The notes: a model not told the origin generated them from the sequence alone. A stretch of DNA of 64,000 nucleotides from Candidatus Altiarchaeota archaeon (GCA_043800705.1 JAZDMS010000017.1:1975-65974); one strand, 5' to 3'. Counted from the stretch's first letter, positions 1 to 9,727 are shown. Numbers and translations: made by a program.

Positions 1-694
1 CTCCGGACGCGACAGAACCGCCGAAAAGGCTGTTGTCTTGGGTACCGTTCAACGTTACATTAGCCTGCAGGTTACTGTACTCCCCGCTCCAGTCGCTTCG
101 GCCATAGAATATGTATGCGCTCCCGGGGCTAGTGCCAATACCATCATAGATTGAGCCGATCATGGCGTCGTCTATGCCGTCGCCGTTGAAGTCTCCGGAC
201 GCGACAGAACCGCCGAATTCAGCCATATCTTTAGTCCCGTTCAATGTCACATTAGCCTGAATGTTGGTGTAATTGCCGCTCCAGCCGCTTCGGCCATAGA
301 ATATGTATGCGTTTCCAGTGAGGGTGCCGATACCATCCTTGGATGCGCCGATCAGCACGTCCTCTACGCCATCGTCGTTAAAGTCGCCGGTAGAAACAGA
401 ATAGCCGAATTGGCCGCTATTTTTTGTCCCGTTCAAGGTCACATTGGCCTGCTGGTCTGTCGGGTCGAGTGTTACGGTCACCGGTCCGCATACTCCGAGG
501 ATGCATGTGACGTTGAGGGTGACGCGGAACCATGCGTTTTGGGCTATTGTTATGTTGGTGGCGGGTTCCGTTTTGTAGATGGCCAGGAGGCCTGGGGGGT
601 TTTCGCCGCCGCCCTGGGCGCAGGCAATCGTCGTTGCGGAGAATATGATTGTCATGGCAGCGGTCAGCGCCATTATCGTCCTTTTTCGGTTCAT
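1..694 (-). CDS. FG-GAP repeat secreted protein (N-terminal part only; the rest of the gene lies beyond the window start)
   Basis: Hand translation of the minus strand from the ATG at 692-694 gives MNRKRTIMALTAAMTIIFSATTIACAQGGGENPP (signal-peptide-like). It continues with FGYSVSTGDFNDDGVEDVLIGA and AYIFYGRS type repeats typical of FG-GAP blades. The start overlaps the upstream stop as ATGA. It is absent from the ORF track because it runs off the window. Confidence 0.7.
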   Translation of the reverse strand, partial: MNRKRTIMALTAAMTIIFSATTIACAQGGGENPPGLLAIYKTEPATNITIAQNAWFRVTLNVTCILGVCGPVTVTLDPTDQQANVTLNGTKNSGQFGYSVSTGDFNDDGVEDVLIGASKDGIGTLTGNAYIFYGRSGWSGNYTNIQANVTLNGTKDMAEFGGSVASGDFNGDGIDDAMIGSIYDGIGTSPGSAYIFYGRSDWSGEYSNLQANVTLNGTQDNSLFGGSVASG

Positions 695-3600
695 TTTAGT
701 CCGCTTATCTTGTAGTCTCCCTGTTCGAGGGTGCAGGTGATTCCGTCTTTTGCCGCGTCGTTGAGGCATTCGTTGTGGGTGAAGGAGGCCTTTCCGGGGC
801 AGTCCAGGGTCACCTCGTCGAAGTTCTTGGCTTGGGTGCACACGTATGCTCCCCTGTTTCGGGTGTTTCTGACGAATATGCTGTGCGTCGTCTCTATGCC
901 GCTCGACTCTTCGAAGTATACGAAGACCTTGCCGCCGGTCGCGGAGACCTTCAGTTCGGTCAGGTTGAAGTCGCCTATGACGTTGAACTCGACGAGCCTG
1001 CGGCCTGTGAGGTCCCTTATCTGGACGACCGGAGTCGGGGTGTCTGATAGCTGGTTCCCAAGCGGGTCGGTGAACTTGAGGCCCATGCCCTCCATGGTCG
1101 CCTGGTCTGCCAGGGTGACCGTCCTCGTCGGCAATGCGGCTGGAGCGGATTCGTTCTGTCCGCACCAGGCGCCCCTGTATTCGTTGATTTGCGGGCCGTT
1201 TGTCCCGTTTTGGATGGGGCCATCGCCTCCAGAATTCTCGTATCTTATGGATTCATTCTCCAGCTTTTCGCAGTACTCTACCGTGATCTGGCCGCCTTTG
1301 CCTCCCGTGCCGGACATCGAATAGCCTCCTCTGACGTCCAATGTGCCGTTTACATTTGCGCTGAATCCGCTGATAGTGATCCTCCCTCCGGCTCCTCCTA
1401 TTCCGTCTGATAGGTCCTCCCCTCCGTATGCGTCTATGTCAGACAGGGTGATGTTGCCGGATGTGGCTATCAGGATGATGTCGCCTCCGATGTTGTTCGC
1501 TACCCTGATTGAGCGCCCGGAATAGGCCTCTATCCTGCAGTCTGCTACTATGTCTCCCGTCGAATGCAATGTTATCGTCCCCCCTTTACCTCCTGCTCCG
1601 AAGGGCGCGTCCGATCCTGTCGCATTGACGCATCCTAGGTATATGTTCCCCGACTTGATGAAGAGTTCCCCGCCTCTGCCTGCGTCGTCGTACATGGAGC
1701 TGCCGCCCGCCATGGAGGCCTCCGACACGTTAGCCTCTTGCGCTGCGGATACGTTTATCCTTCCGCCGGGGGCTCCGGCTTCGTTGTTGGATGTCCCCCC
1801 GTCTGCGACCGCGCGGGAAACGAAGACCCACGATCCGAGGGACGTTATCTTGATGTCTCCTGGGGTTCCGCCGAAGTCGCCTTCGCCTAGAGTCGTGTTT
1901 ATGTCGCCGCCTGAGGACTGAAGTAGGCCGACTATACGGGCGCTTGAGTTGGCTGTTATCTTGATAGTTCCGCCGGAGCCTGCGTTCATCTTGTGGGTCT
2001 GCGACAGGTAGTCTCCTCCGCGAGAATCGATTACTCCGTATATGTCGACCTGGCCGCCCGATATGGTCACGGTTCCCCCGTCCGGTCTTGAGATGTTGGA
2101 TTCGTCCTCGTATTCCAGGTCCCTGCCTGAGGCGATGATTCTTCCGTTTTCCGATATCGTTAAACGTTCGGGCGCGTTCAATCTGATGCTGCGTGAGGCG
2201 TTTTCGCCTTCGAATAGGAGGTCGACGGTCCCGTTGACCGTTATCTGTGACGCGTTGCACTCATACTCCCTTGCGGTAGGGTCATACCTGCATCTTGGGC
2301 TTTTTTGGATTGTCCGGACGTCTTCGATGTTGAAATACGGGAGGGTGGTCGTCGTCGCGGTCGTCCAGTCGATTTCCAGCGCGGGCTGCCTGCTTCGGGG
2401 CGAGTTGATGCCGGAGATTATGGCGAAATCGTCCGGGGACGACTCGTTGCCAGATACTATCTCGAAGGATGAGGCGCCTGTTTTTATCATCTTTTGTATG
2501 TCTGCTGCGGCTTCATCCCCAAGGTCCGCTGTCTTGAGACCCTGCCGGTCGCATTGGACTGAAGCATACGGCCGCAATATCCCCGCCTCTTCGAAGATAT
2601 CCCCCCTGCCTGTGATCTGGCGTATCTGGCAGACGCATCGGCTGCACTTGCCGTCCATCGGCGACTCCACATAGAGCCTCATCCTTGCGGACAAGATTGT
2701 GGCCTCTTCCGGGATCATCGTGAGATCGTATGCCGCATATGCCCTGTAGACGGAGTCTGAAAGTCCGACTGGAAGTATCGTCGGAGTGTGCACTCCAACG
2801 TTGTCTGCGTATCCTATTCCGGCATGTGTCTTATTGTGGCCGTCCTCCGAAAAGACGATGTCTATCGTCGCCGGATACGTTATGTTCGCCCTTGAGCCGT
2901 AATCGATCGCAATCTTATGCCTGTAATCTCCGCCTCTTTTTTCCAATGTCTCCGAGACGTTTATCGTCCTGCCTTTCGAATCATGGGCTTCTGTCCTGAA
3001 GCCGAAAAGCCATGTCCCGTTCTTGTCGTAGACGCTTATTCCCTGGCCCTCCTCCACTGAGGTCTTTTCAGGCTCGATGTCGAACGAGTATTCATTCGGC
3101 GACCCGTTATTCATGAGGTTCAGCCTTGCCGTTAGCCTCCCCCTTCCGATCATGTATTCGAGGTCTGTCGAATTCCATGCTCCGTAGTATGCTACGATTT
3201 CCCCCCCCGTTACCGCGTCCGCCTGGTTGGTCGACTGCGGGGCGTATTTGATGGTTCCGGAGCCTGTGCCGAACAATATCCTCCCGTTTCTTGAGTCGAA
3301 ATACGCTAAATAGCCGGTATCGGAGGCGTAATACCCGTAGTCTCCCTCGTTCGTCCTTTTCGGTGATGGGTCGAATCTGTCGAAGGTCCCGTTTATTGTT
3401 TGTCCGTGCGGTTCGAGAAAAAGGACTGACGAATAGGTCTCGTCAGAGTTAATCCTCGTATCGGCATGTTCATCGGTCGCTTTGTCGTATTGCGGGCGTT
3501 TGTCCCCCACTACGGTGTATGTGGCGTTTGCCATGTTTGGTATCCGCAGATACGCCCAGTCGACGGTGCCGTCGGATCCCGAGTCCTTGAAGGTCAGGTT

Positions 3601-5538
3601 ATAGGCCGGAATTTGTGAAATATCGGATTCTCCGCTTTCCCCGGATTCGGTTATTGTAACCCTGTCCTCCGGCAGGCTGGGGGTGCTAGTGTAGAACGCG
3701 AGGTCCGAATACCTGGTGGGGCTGGTGATCGTTATCCTTTTCGTCCAGGTGTCGTTGATCTCGACAGGGTCGTCTTCCTTTAGTGTCGGGCCTTCGGTAT
3801 TGTAGCGGAGGGTGTAGTTCCTTGCCCCCGGCATCTGTGTCTGGAAACGCCTTGCGTCGGATTCGGTCTCCGTGACCTCCTCCAAGTGGAGGGCCTTGTT
3901 GTCTTCGTCGGCCAGGAGCGCCACATCGAACGAATTTAGGGGTGTTGTCACGACTATGTTGAAGCTCAGCTGCCACCCGTACATCGCTCTGATTTCGGTG
4001 GACCAGGTGACGGGTTTGTTCAATTGGGCGGTTCCCTGCCTCATCGAACCGCTGTAATCCAGCATGGAGTCGAGGAACGTGCTCCCGACCCCTGCGAACA
4101 ATCCGCTCCTTTTGGCGACGAACGTGACGTTTTCGTCATTCTGCCTGAAATCCGATGTCAGGGGCGTCCAGCTTCGGCACTCCATGGACGTGAAGTTGAG
4201 ATCCGTACAGACGGAGATTATCGAGACGTTACCGAGCTTTGGCAAAGTGACCGTTAGATTGTCGAACGACAGCCCGGGCGTGAAATAGGCGGCTCCGGTC
4301 GTCAGAAGCGGATCGTTCAATTGTCCGAATATCACCGTCAGGTTGTCCTGCGAATTTATGAAGCCAGCCATCACGGCTTCGTAATTCGCGTGCGTCGTCG
4401 AAGCCAGCCCATAGGCTCCCCAGTCGTCGTAGACCTCTTCGGTGGGGCGGCTGCCTTCGATCAGATGGGCCGACACGTTAGTCTGTCTCGGCTTCGAGCT
4501 GAAAAGCATCCTTAATGCATCGCCGGCGTATCGCGCCTCATAATGTCCGAAGGTCCCGCCCGACGGCTCCGTGACCGAGGCGACGACACCTTTGACGCCG
4601 ACCTGCTGGTAGTCGGTTATACCCCCCGGGCCCGCATATTCTATGCGGTCAAGGTAGACCCTTAAACTCTCTGCGGCATCGGTCTCGATAAGAAGCTGCG
4701 CGCTTTCCGGATCCGGCCGGCTGAAGGGGGCTTTGAAGATGAACCTGGGTTCATAGAAGAATGCGGGTTTGAACTCCCACTGGCCTTTGTAGATCCTGTA
4801 GGATGCGTTTTCCTCGTTTTGTCCGACGTCTGCGTAGGCGACCCTGGCTCCGACGATGTTCTTTTTGGTTGCACTGTATCCCCCGTGGGGGAGGTAGAAT
4901 GTGTCGTTCCATCTCGTGCCAGCCATGGACGATATCCCGTAGAGGCCGCAACACGGGCTGTAGCCGTAACATATGGTGGTGAGATTCCCTGAATACACCG
5001 AATAGATCTCCCAGACCGTGCAAAGCCTTTCATAGTTTGCATCTGTTGAAATGTTGCTTCTGCCGGCGCTGTAGTCGATTGCAGAGTCCTCGTATTCCAC
5101 TCCGTCGTCGTCTGCGTCATACGGGGTGCCGTCGTTGTATTCCAGTACGGTGACGATCCCACCTGTCGAATCGGAACTTGTGTTGATAAGTTCTATGAGG
5201 CCCGTGAGATTTTTGTCCAGCTCTGGGGGGTCCTCGGAAAGCATCGTGCTGTTGAGTATCCCCACTTTTGCTGGGCCGTTGTCGATGTAGACAGCGACGT
5301 TGATCCCTCCGATGACCCTTCCATGAAGGACTCCTGATGACGTCCGAGCGCTTAAGGTGGCATTGACTGTGGAATTTCCGGTGACATCGATTCCGATCAG
5401 ATCGGAATAGTCCATCCAGCCGGGATTTGCCGGGCTATCATAGGCTTCTGTCAGTGGCGGGAAGATCATGAGTACAAAGAATACCCCTGCTGTGGCTTTG
5501 ATCACGTTTTGCCATCTAGCGTCTGCGGCAATTCCCAT
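691..5538 (-). CDS. Giant (1615 aa) secreted or cell-surface adhesin-like protein with an N-terminal hydrophobic anchor/signal, many N-x-S/T sequons, a DNRLRE-like segment and a C-terminal Gly-rich repeat region
   Basis: From the ORF track. The N-terminus contains the hydrophobic stretch AGVFFVLMIFPPL. The segment AYDLTMIPEEATILSARMRLYV resembles the DNRLRE domain core. GG-rich repeats include AGSGGTIKIT, GAPGGRINVS, GAGGKGGTITL, GGAGGRITIS and GTGGKGGQITV. The overlapping ORFs in other frames are Arg/Pro-rich and motif-free. Confidence 0.8.
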   Translation of the reverse strand: MGIAADARWQNVIKATAGVFFVLMIFPPLTEAYDSPANPGWMDYSDLIGIDVTGNSTVNATLSARTSSGVLHGRVIGGINVAVYIDNGPAKVGILNSTMLSEDPPELDKNLTGLIELINTSSDSTGGIVTVLEYNDGTPYDADDDGVEYEDSAIDYSAGRSNISTDANYERLCTVWEIYSVYSGNLTTICYGYSPCCGLYGISSMAGTRWNDTFYLPHGGYSATKKNIVGARVAYADVGQNEENASYRIYKGQWEFKPAFFYEPRFIFKAPFSRPDPESAQLLIETDAAESLRVYLDRIEYAGPGGITDYQQVGVKGVVASVTEPSGGTFGHYEARYAGDALRMLFSSKPRQTNVSAHLIEGSRPTEEVYDDWGAYGLASTTHANYEAVMAGFINSQDNLTVIFGQLNDPLLTTGAAYFTPGLSFDNLTVTLPKLGNVSIISVCTDLNFTSMECRSWTPLTSDFRQNDENVTFVAKRSGLFAGVGSTFLDSMLDYSGSMRQGTAQLNKPVTWSTEIRAMYGWQLSFNIVVTTPLNSFDVALLADEDNKALHLEEVTETESDARRFQTQMPGARNYTLRYNTEGPTLKEDDPVEINDTWTKRITITSPTRYSDLAFYTSTPSLPEDRVTITESGESGESDISQIPAYNLTFKDSGSDGTVDWAYLRIPNMANATYTVVGDKRPQYDKATDEHADTRINSDETYSSVLFLEPHGQTINGTFDRFDPSPKRTNEGDYGYYASDTGYLAYFDSRNGRILFGTGSGTIKYAPQSTNQADAVTGGEIVAYYGAWNSTDLEYMIGRGRLTARLNLMNNGSPNEYSFDIEPEKTSVEEGQGISVYDKNGTWLFGFRTEAHDSKGRTINVSETLEKRGGDYRHKIAIDYGSRANITYPATIDIVFSEDGHNKTHAGIGYADNVGVHTPTILPVGLSDSVYRAYAAYDLTMIPEEATILSARMRLYVESPMDGKCSRCVCQIRQITGRGDIFEEAGILRPYASVQCDRQGLKTADLGDEAAADIQKMIKTGASSFEIVSGNESSPDDFAIISGINSPRSRQPALEIDWTTATTTTLPYFNIEDVRTIQKSPRCRYDPTAREYECNASQITVNGTVDLLFEGENASRSIRLNAPERLTISENGRIIASGRDLEYEDESNISRPDGGTVTISGGQVDIYGVIDSRGGDYLSQTHKMNAGSGGTIKITANSSARIVGLLQSSGGDINTTLGEGDFGGTPGDIKITSLGSWVFVSRAVADGGTSNNEAGAPGGRINVSAAQEANVSEASMAGGSSMYDDAGRGGELFIKSGNIYLGCVNATGSDAPFGAGGKGGTITLHSTGDIVADCRIEAYSGRSIRVANNIGGDIILIATSGNITLSDIDAYGGEDLSDGIGGAGGRITISGFSANVNGTLDVRGGYSMSGTGGKGGQITVEYCEKLENESIRYENSGGDGPIQNGTNGPQINEYRGAWCGQNESAPAALPTRTVTLADQATMEGMGLKFTDPLGNQLSDTPTPVVQIRDLTGRRLVEFNVIGDFNLTELKVSATGGKVFVYFEESSGIETTHSIFVRNTRNRGAYVCTQAKNFDEVTLDCPGKASFTHNECLNDAAKDGITCTLEQGDYKISGLK

Positions 5539-5586
5539 GTTATGTCCGGTACCTCCGTCCCATACGGTTAATATTCCGCTGAAAAA

Positions 5587-5596
5587 CTATAAATAG
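5587..5596 (-). promoter_or_regulatory. TATA-box-like element upstream of the giant surface-protein gene
   Basis: The minus strand reads CTATTTATAG about 50 nt upstream of the ATG at 5538. A GGAGGT Shine-Dalgarno-like motif lies 14 nt before the ATG. Confidence 0.3.
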
Positions 5597-5606
5597 GGCC
5601 GAATCG

Positions 5607-6641
5607 TCATGTTGGCCGGTCACATCGCCTTGTGGGTTTCATTACCGCGTCGGCGAGGATATCATCCCTCTTGGATATGTAGCTGACAATCTGTTTGACT
5701 GTCCAATCCATCTGTGCGGAGCTGATTTTCGCATCCATGTGTGCTAGGTAAAGAGGGAGGGGGTATCCATAATGGCCGGACCCCCTGCATAGGCATGCGA
5801 TCGTCTGGACCGCCTGGGTGAGGTCTTCCTCCCAGTCGGGGGCATCGATCCTAAGCGGGTTTGCGAGACTGTATGGCTGCATGTATGCCGTCCTGAATCC
5901 CTTTGTTATCCCCCCTGTTATCCCGCCTGCGGTTTCCTGACCGTATTTCGGCATGAATTCCCTCGTCATGTAGCCTCCGTTCGTGGAAAGTATCCGAAGA
6001 ATCGTCGAATCTGTCATATGCTTAGGGAATGTCACCCCGTATTCGTCGGTTAGGTGGCGGGTGAAAAGCCTGCTTCTTGAGTCTTCCGAGACACCTATTA
6101 TCCGCACACCCTCCCTTTTGCAAAGCCGCAAAAGTCTCGAGTATTTCTTCCTGTAAAGTTCGTATTCGAGGCAGTCTACGGGCCGCCGTCCGGCCTTCAC
6201 GTGCAGTGAGCCGTCAAGGACAAGCATCTCCGGTTTGTGCTCCTGGACGCATCTCATGGCGACGTCGTACTCCATGCCGTCGCGTAGTAGGTCTACTCTG
6301 TCCTTCATGTGGTCGTCGTAGTCTAACATGTTCATGTCCAGGTCCCTGATGAATAATTCCCCTCTTGGCCCGGATTCGTCGGCGCATAAGGTGAGGCCCG
6401 ATGCCCTGATGAAATACACGCCCAGGCCGAGGAGCTCCCTGAGGCCTTCACCCCCGTCTATGAAACACATCTTCCCCCTTGTTTCGCCACCTTCGAGGAG
6501 TTTCTTGAAAACCAACTCGGAAGGGATCGTCGGTCTCATCTCTTCGACTATGTGTGCTAGATTGGACCATTTATCCAGTATCTGTCCTCTCCGAAGCTCG
6601 TATCTGTCGAGCCATAGTCCATAGTGTCCCATAGCATTCAC
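5607..6641 (-). CDS. nurA: NurA-domain 5'-3' nuclease (DNA end-resection family)
   Basis: 344 aa. The motifs CFIDGGEG and LVLDGSLHV resemble the NurA catalytic Asp motifs (xDGS / DGSL), and the size fits NurA. No database search was run. Confidence 0.55.
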   Translation of the reverse strand: MNAMGHYGLWLDRYELRRGQILDKWSNLAHIVEEMRPTIPSELVFKKLLEGGETRGKMCFIDGGEGLRELLGLGVYFIRASGLTLCADESGPRGELFIRDLDMNMLDYDDHMKDRVDLLRDGMEYDVAMRCVQEHKPEMLVLDGSLHVKAGRRPVDCLEYELYRKKYSRLLRLCKREGVRIIGVSEDSRSRLFTRHLTDEYGVTFPKHMTDSTILRILSTNGGYMTREFMPKYGQETAGGITGGITKGFRTAYMQPYSLANPLRIDAPDWEEDLTQAVQTIACLCRGSGHYGYPLPLYLAHMDAKISSAQMDWTVKQIVSYISKRDDILADAVMKPTRRCDRPT

Positions 6642-6808
6642 CTAAGAATCAGCCTGTTCCCCCTTAGTAGTTTCTTCATGCCTTCCCTTAAAGAATCGGC
6701 GAGAGCCTTGGAAAAGTGTTTTTTCCACGTTATTCTGTCGATTCCTTCCCCTTTTATACTAATACGTCCCATAGCTTGTTTCGGTGGTTGGTTGTGGATT
6801 GCAAACTG

Positions 6809-6991
6809 ATGATATGCGAGATGCTCAATGAGATGAAGGCCGTAAAGTCCGCATATCTTGAGGAGCAGCTGATATGGCAGGGTATGGAGAAGGTCGACAT
6901 CGACGTGTCACTGAAGTCGCTTCTCGAGCGCGGCGTCATCTACCGGCGCAAAGGCGGAATACTAGAGCTCACGGAGCCCGCTAATAACTAA
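6809..6991 (+). CDS. Small winged-helix-like protein (60 aa), divergent from nurA
   Basis: In-frame ATG at 6809 (MICEMLNEMK...). The C-terminal SLKSLLERGVIYRRKGGILELT looks like a wHTH recognition helix plus wing. The upstream part of the track ORF lacks a convincing start. Confidence 0.4.
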   Translation: MICEMLNEMKAVKSAYLEEQLIWQGMEKVDIDVSLKSLLERGVIYRRKGGILELTEPANN

Positions 6992-7147
6992 CTGATGTCT
7001 TCAGTCTTGGGTCTTCGATCTTCTGTCTTCTGTCATCGGCCGATAAATAAAGCTTGAATGGCGAAGAACCATTGATTTGAAATCCTGAGCTACCGAAGAC
7101 CCAAAACCGTAGATCCGGTTCCTCGTCTGTCAGCGTGTTGAATAGGG

Positions 7148-9727
7148 CTATTTTTTCCTGGTGCCGCAGTCGGGGTTAACACAGATTATGTACTTCTCCT
7201 TCCCAGAAGGCGAGACTTCTATTGTGACGTATCCGCAGCTTTCGCATTTGCCCGACTTTTCGAACGGGTCCTTCGGAAGCGGCCATAAATTTGTGCATTT
7301 GGGGTATCCGCTGCAGCCGATGAACAGCCCGCCGTACCTTGACGTCCTCACAAGGAGCCTGCTCTGGCACTTAGGGCACAGTCCTACCTCGTCGACGGAT
7401 TTGCCGTTCTCGTTCTTTCTCGTCTTGCATTCGGGATTGACGCACATTGAGTATTTCCTGCCTCTCCCCTTCGGTTTTGCGGTGACGATCGCATACCCGC
7501 ATTCCTTGCATTCTCCCGTCTTTGTCAGCGGGTCCTTCGGCAGAGGCCAGGTCTGGGTGCAGTTGGGGTATCCTCCGCATCCGACGAAGAGGCCTCCGAG
7601 ACTCGACGCCCTTATCAGGAGCTCGTTGCCGCATTTGGGGCATTTTCCGACGCTGTTGGCCTTTTTCCTGGAGTCCATCACGCTGGATATGAGCGTTTGG
7701 CCTATGTTGGATTCGTTCGCCTTGAACTCCTTGAGCATGTGTTCGAGGGTCTTCTTACCATCTTCCAAGGCCGCTTCGGACTTCATCCTCCCCGATGTTA
7801 TCTCATCCATGTCGGATTCGAATCTCCTCGTCAGCTGGACGCTAATCACCTCCGGGCAATATTTTCCCATCGCGTCGACGACCGAAAGCCCCAGCGGCGA
7901 AACCTCCAGCGATTTTCCGTTGACGTAGCCGCGTTTGAAGAGTATGTCGACTATCTGCGACCTCGTGGCTTTCGTGCCGATGGCGTTCTTTTCCATCTCC
8001 CTGATGATGGACGCCGGCGTGTACCTCTTCGGGGGCTTCGTCTCCTTCTCGTGTACGATGACGTCCTTCACGAAGACCTCCTCGCCCCTCTTCAGGTTCG
8101 GCAGCTCGTTCTCCTCGAATCTGGCGTACGGGCCGTAGTATACGTGCCAGCCTTTTTCGACGGTCGTGTTGCCTTTTGCCAAGAACGGCTCGCCGTTGTT
8201 TTCGAGCCTGACGGTTATAGTCTGCCGGACGGCTGGCTCCCCGAACGTGGCCATGAACCTTCTGACTATCAGGTCGTAGACCCTCTTCTTCTGGCCTTCG
8301 AGCGCTTTCGGCTCCTCGCCGGTGGGGTGGATTGCGGGGTGAGCGGGATCGTTTTTGGGGCCGTTTGCGGGCTTCAGCTCCTTCTCACTGAGTAGCTGGC
8401 TGCAGAGCGAGGAATAGGTTGCCTGGCTTTTCAGCTGGGACAGTATCTTTCTGCAGTCGATGTCTGCGGGAATCTGCTGGCTTGAGGTCCTCGGATAGCT
8501 GATGTATGCGTTTGTGTAGAGCTCCTGTGCGATCTCGAGTGTGACCCTAGGGTCGACGCCCAGATGCCTGTAGGCTTCCGTCTGCAGCGTCGTCAGGTCG
8601 AAGGGATGGGGCGCCGGCTGGTTGTATCTCTTCGATCCGACTTCCTTCACCAACGCCTTCGGCCCGCAGTTCGCCTTTATCCTCTTTGCCTCCTGCCCGC
8701 TGTTGATCTCTCCCTGAAAGATCTTCAGTCTAGTCGGGTCGCCTGTGTCGGGCTCTATCCAAAGTGCTAGCTCTCCGCCCTCTTCGTCCTCCCTCATCAC
8801 CTTGAGGAGGTCTTTCTTGTCCTCCCTCTCCCTAGTGAGTATCCAGTTCGTCCCTTGGGAAGACGTCGCATTCCAGCGTTCGACGCTCTCGTCCGAATCG
8901 TCCTTTACAATGGCCGACATGGATTCCGCGTCCTTGAGGAGTCCCATGTTCCTGAAGGCGCCTTCCACCTCCGTCACATCGATCTTTTCAGCCAGGCTGA
9001 ACACGTACTTCCCGGCTTCGTACATGGCGGAGAAATCCATGTCCTTGTGGCAGAGCATCTCGACCTCCCAGTATCTCTCGCTCCTGAAGGCCATTATCGC
9101 CCGCTCCCGGTCTGCTAGGATCTTCAATGTTGGGCCTTGGACACGGCCGATGCTCAGTGTCGTGAAACTCCGCCCCCTCCTTGCCGCGTTGCTTAGCGCC
9201 CTGGAAAGGTTGATGCCCCAGTACCAGTCGAGGACGTGGCGTGTTATGCCCGCATCGGCCAGGCCGTAGTCGATGGGTCCGACATTTTCGAACGATTTGA
9301 TGATGGCGTCGCTTGTGAGCGTGGAGAACTTGACCCTCTTAACATTGCCTGTGCGTGGGTCGGCGCCGCAGCCGTGCTTGATTACGTTGTATCCTATGAC
9401 CTCCCCTTCGACGTCGTAGTCGCACGCATTGATGAAGCTGCCGCAGTTTTTGGCGAGGAACTTGATGTTATCCAGGTATCTTTTTGTGTAATCGCTGTTT
9501 TTGCTGACTAGGTGGGAAGGCACCCATTCGACGTCGAAGACCGGATACGTCCAGCCCTTCGCGTTCCTCTCGCGGAGGCCGAATATGTGGCCGACTGCGG
9601 GGGCGACGACCAAGTCGCCGACCTCGAAGTAGTCGACGCCTCCGTGGCTCCTGCGGGACGCCTTTCCGAGGCTGTTTGCGATCCTTTCCGCCACGTTCGG
9701 CTTCTCGGTGATGACGAGCGTCTTCAT
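7148..9727 (-). CDS. topA: DNA topoisomerase, type IA, with four C-terminal C4 zinc ribbons
   Basis: The TOPRIM N-terminus is MKTLVITEKPNVAERIA. The active-site Tyr motif is ISYPRTSSQ. Repeated CPKCG...CxxYPxC zinc-ribbon modules close the protein. Confidence 0.92.
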   Translation of the reverse strand: MKTLVITEKPNVAERIANSLGKASRRSHGGVDYFEVGDLVVAPAVGHIFGLRERNAKGWTYPVFDVEWVPSHLVSKNSDYTKRYLDNIKFLAKNCGSFINACDYDVEGEVIGYNVIKHGCGADPRTGNVKRVKFSTLTSDAIIKSFENVGPIDYGLADAGITRHVLDWYWGINLSRALSNAARRGRSFTTLSIGRVQGPTLKILADRERAIMAFRSERYWEVEMLCHKDMDFSAMYEAGKYVFSLAEKIDVTEVEGAFRNMGLLKDAESMSAIVKDDSDESVERWNATSSQGTNWILTREREDKKDLLKVMREDEEGGELALWIEPDTGDPTRLKIFQGEINSGQEAKRIKANCGPKALVKEVGSKRYNQPAPHPFDLTTLQTEAYRHLGVDPRVTLEIAQELYTNAYISYPRTSSQQIPADIDCRKILSQLKSQATYSSLCSQLLSEKELKPANGPKNDPAHPAIHPTGEEPKALEGQKKRVYDLIVRRFMATFGEPAVRQTITVRLENNGEPFLAKGNTTVEKGWHVYYGPYARFEENELPNLKRGEEVFVKDVIVHEKETKPPKRYTPASIIREMEKNAIGTKATRSQIVDILFKRGYVNGKSLEVSPLGLSVVDAMGKYCPEVISVQLTRRFESDMDEITSGRMKSEAALEDGKKTLEHMLKEFKANESNIGQTLISSVMDSRKKANSVGKCPKCGNELLIRASSLGGLFVGCGGYPNCTQTWPLPKDPLTKTGECKECGYAIVTAKPKGRGRKYSMCVNPECKTRKNENGKSVDEVGLCPKCQSRLLVRTSRYGGLFIGCSGYPKCTNLWPLPKDPFEKSGKCESCGYVTIEVSPSGKEKYIICVNPDCGTRKK

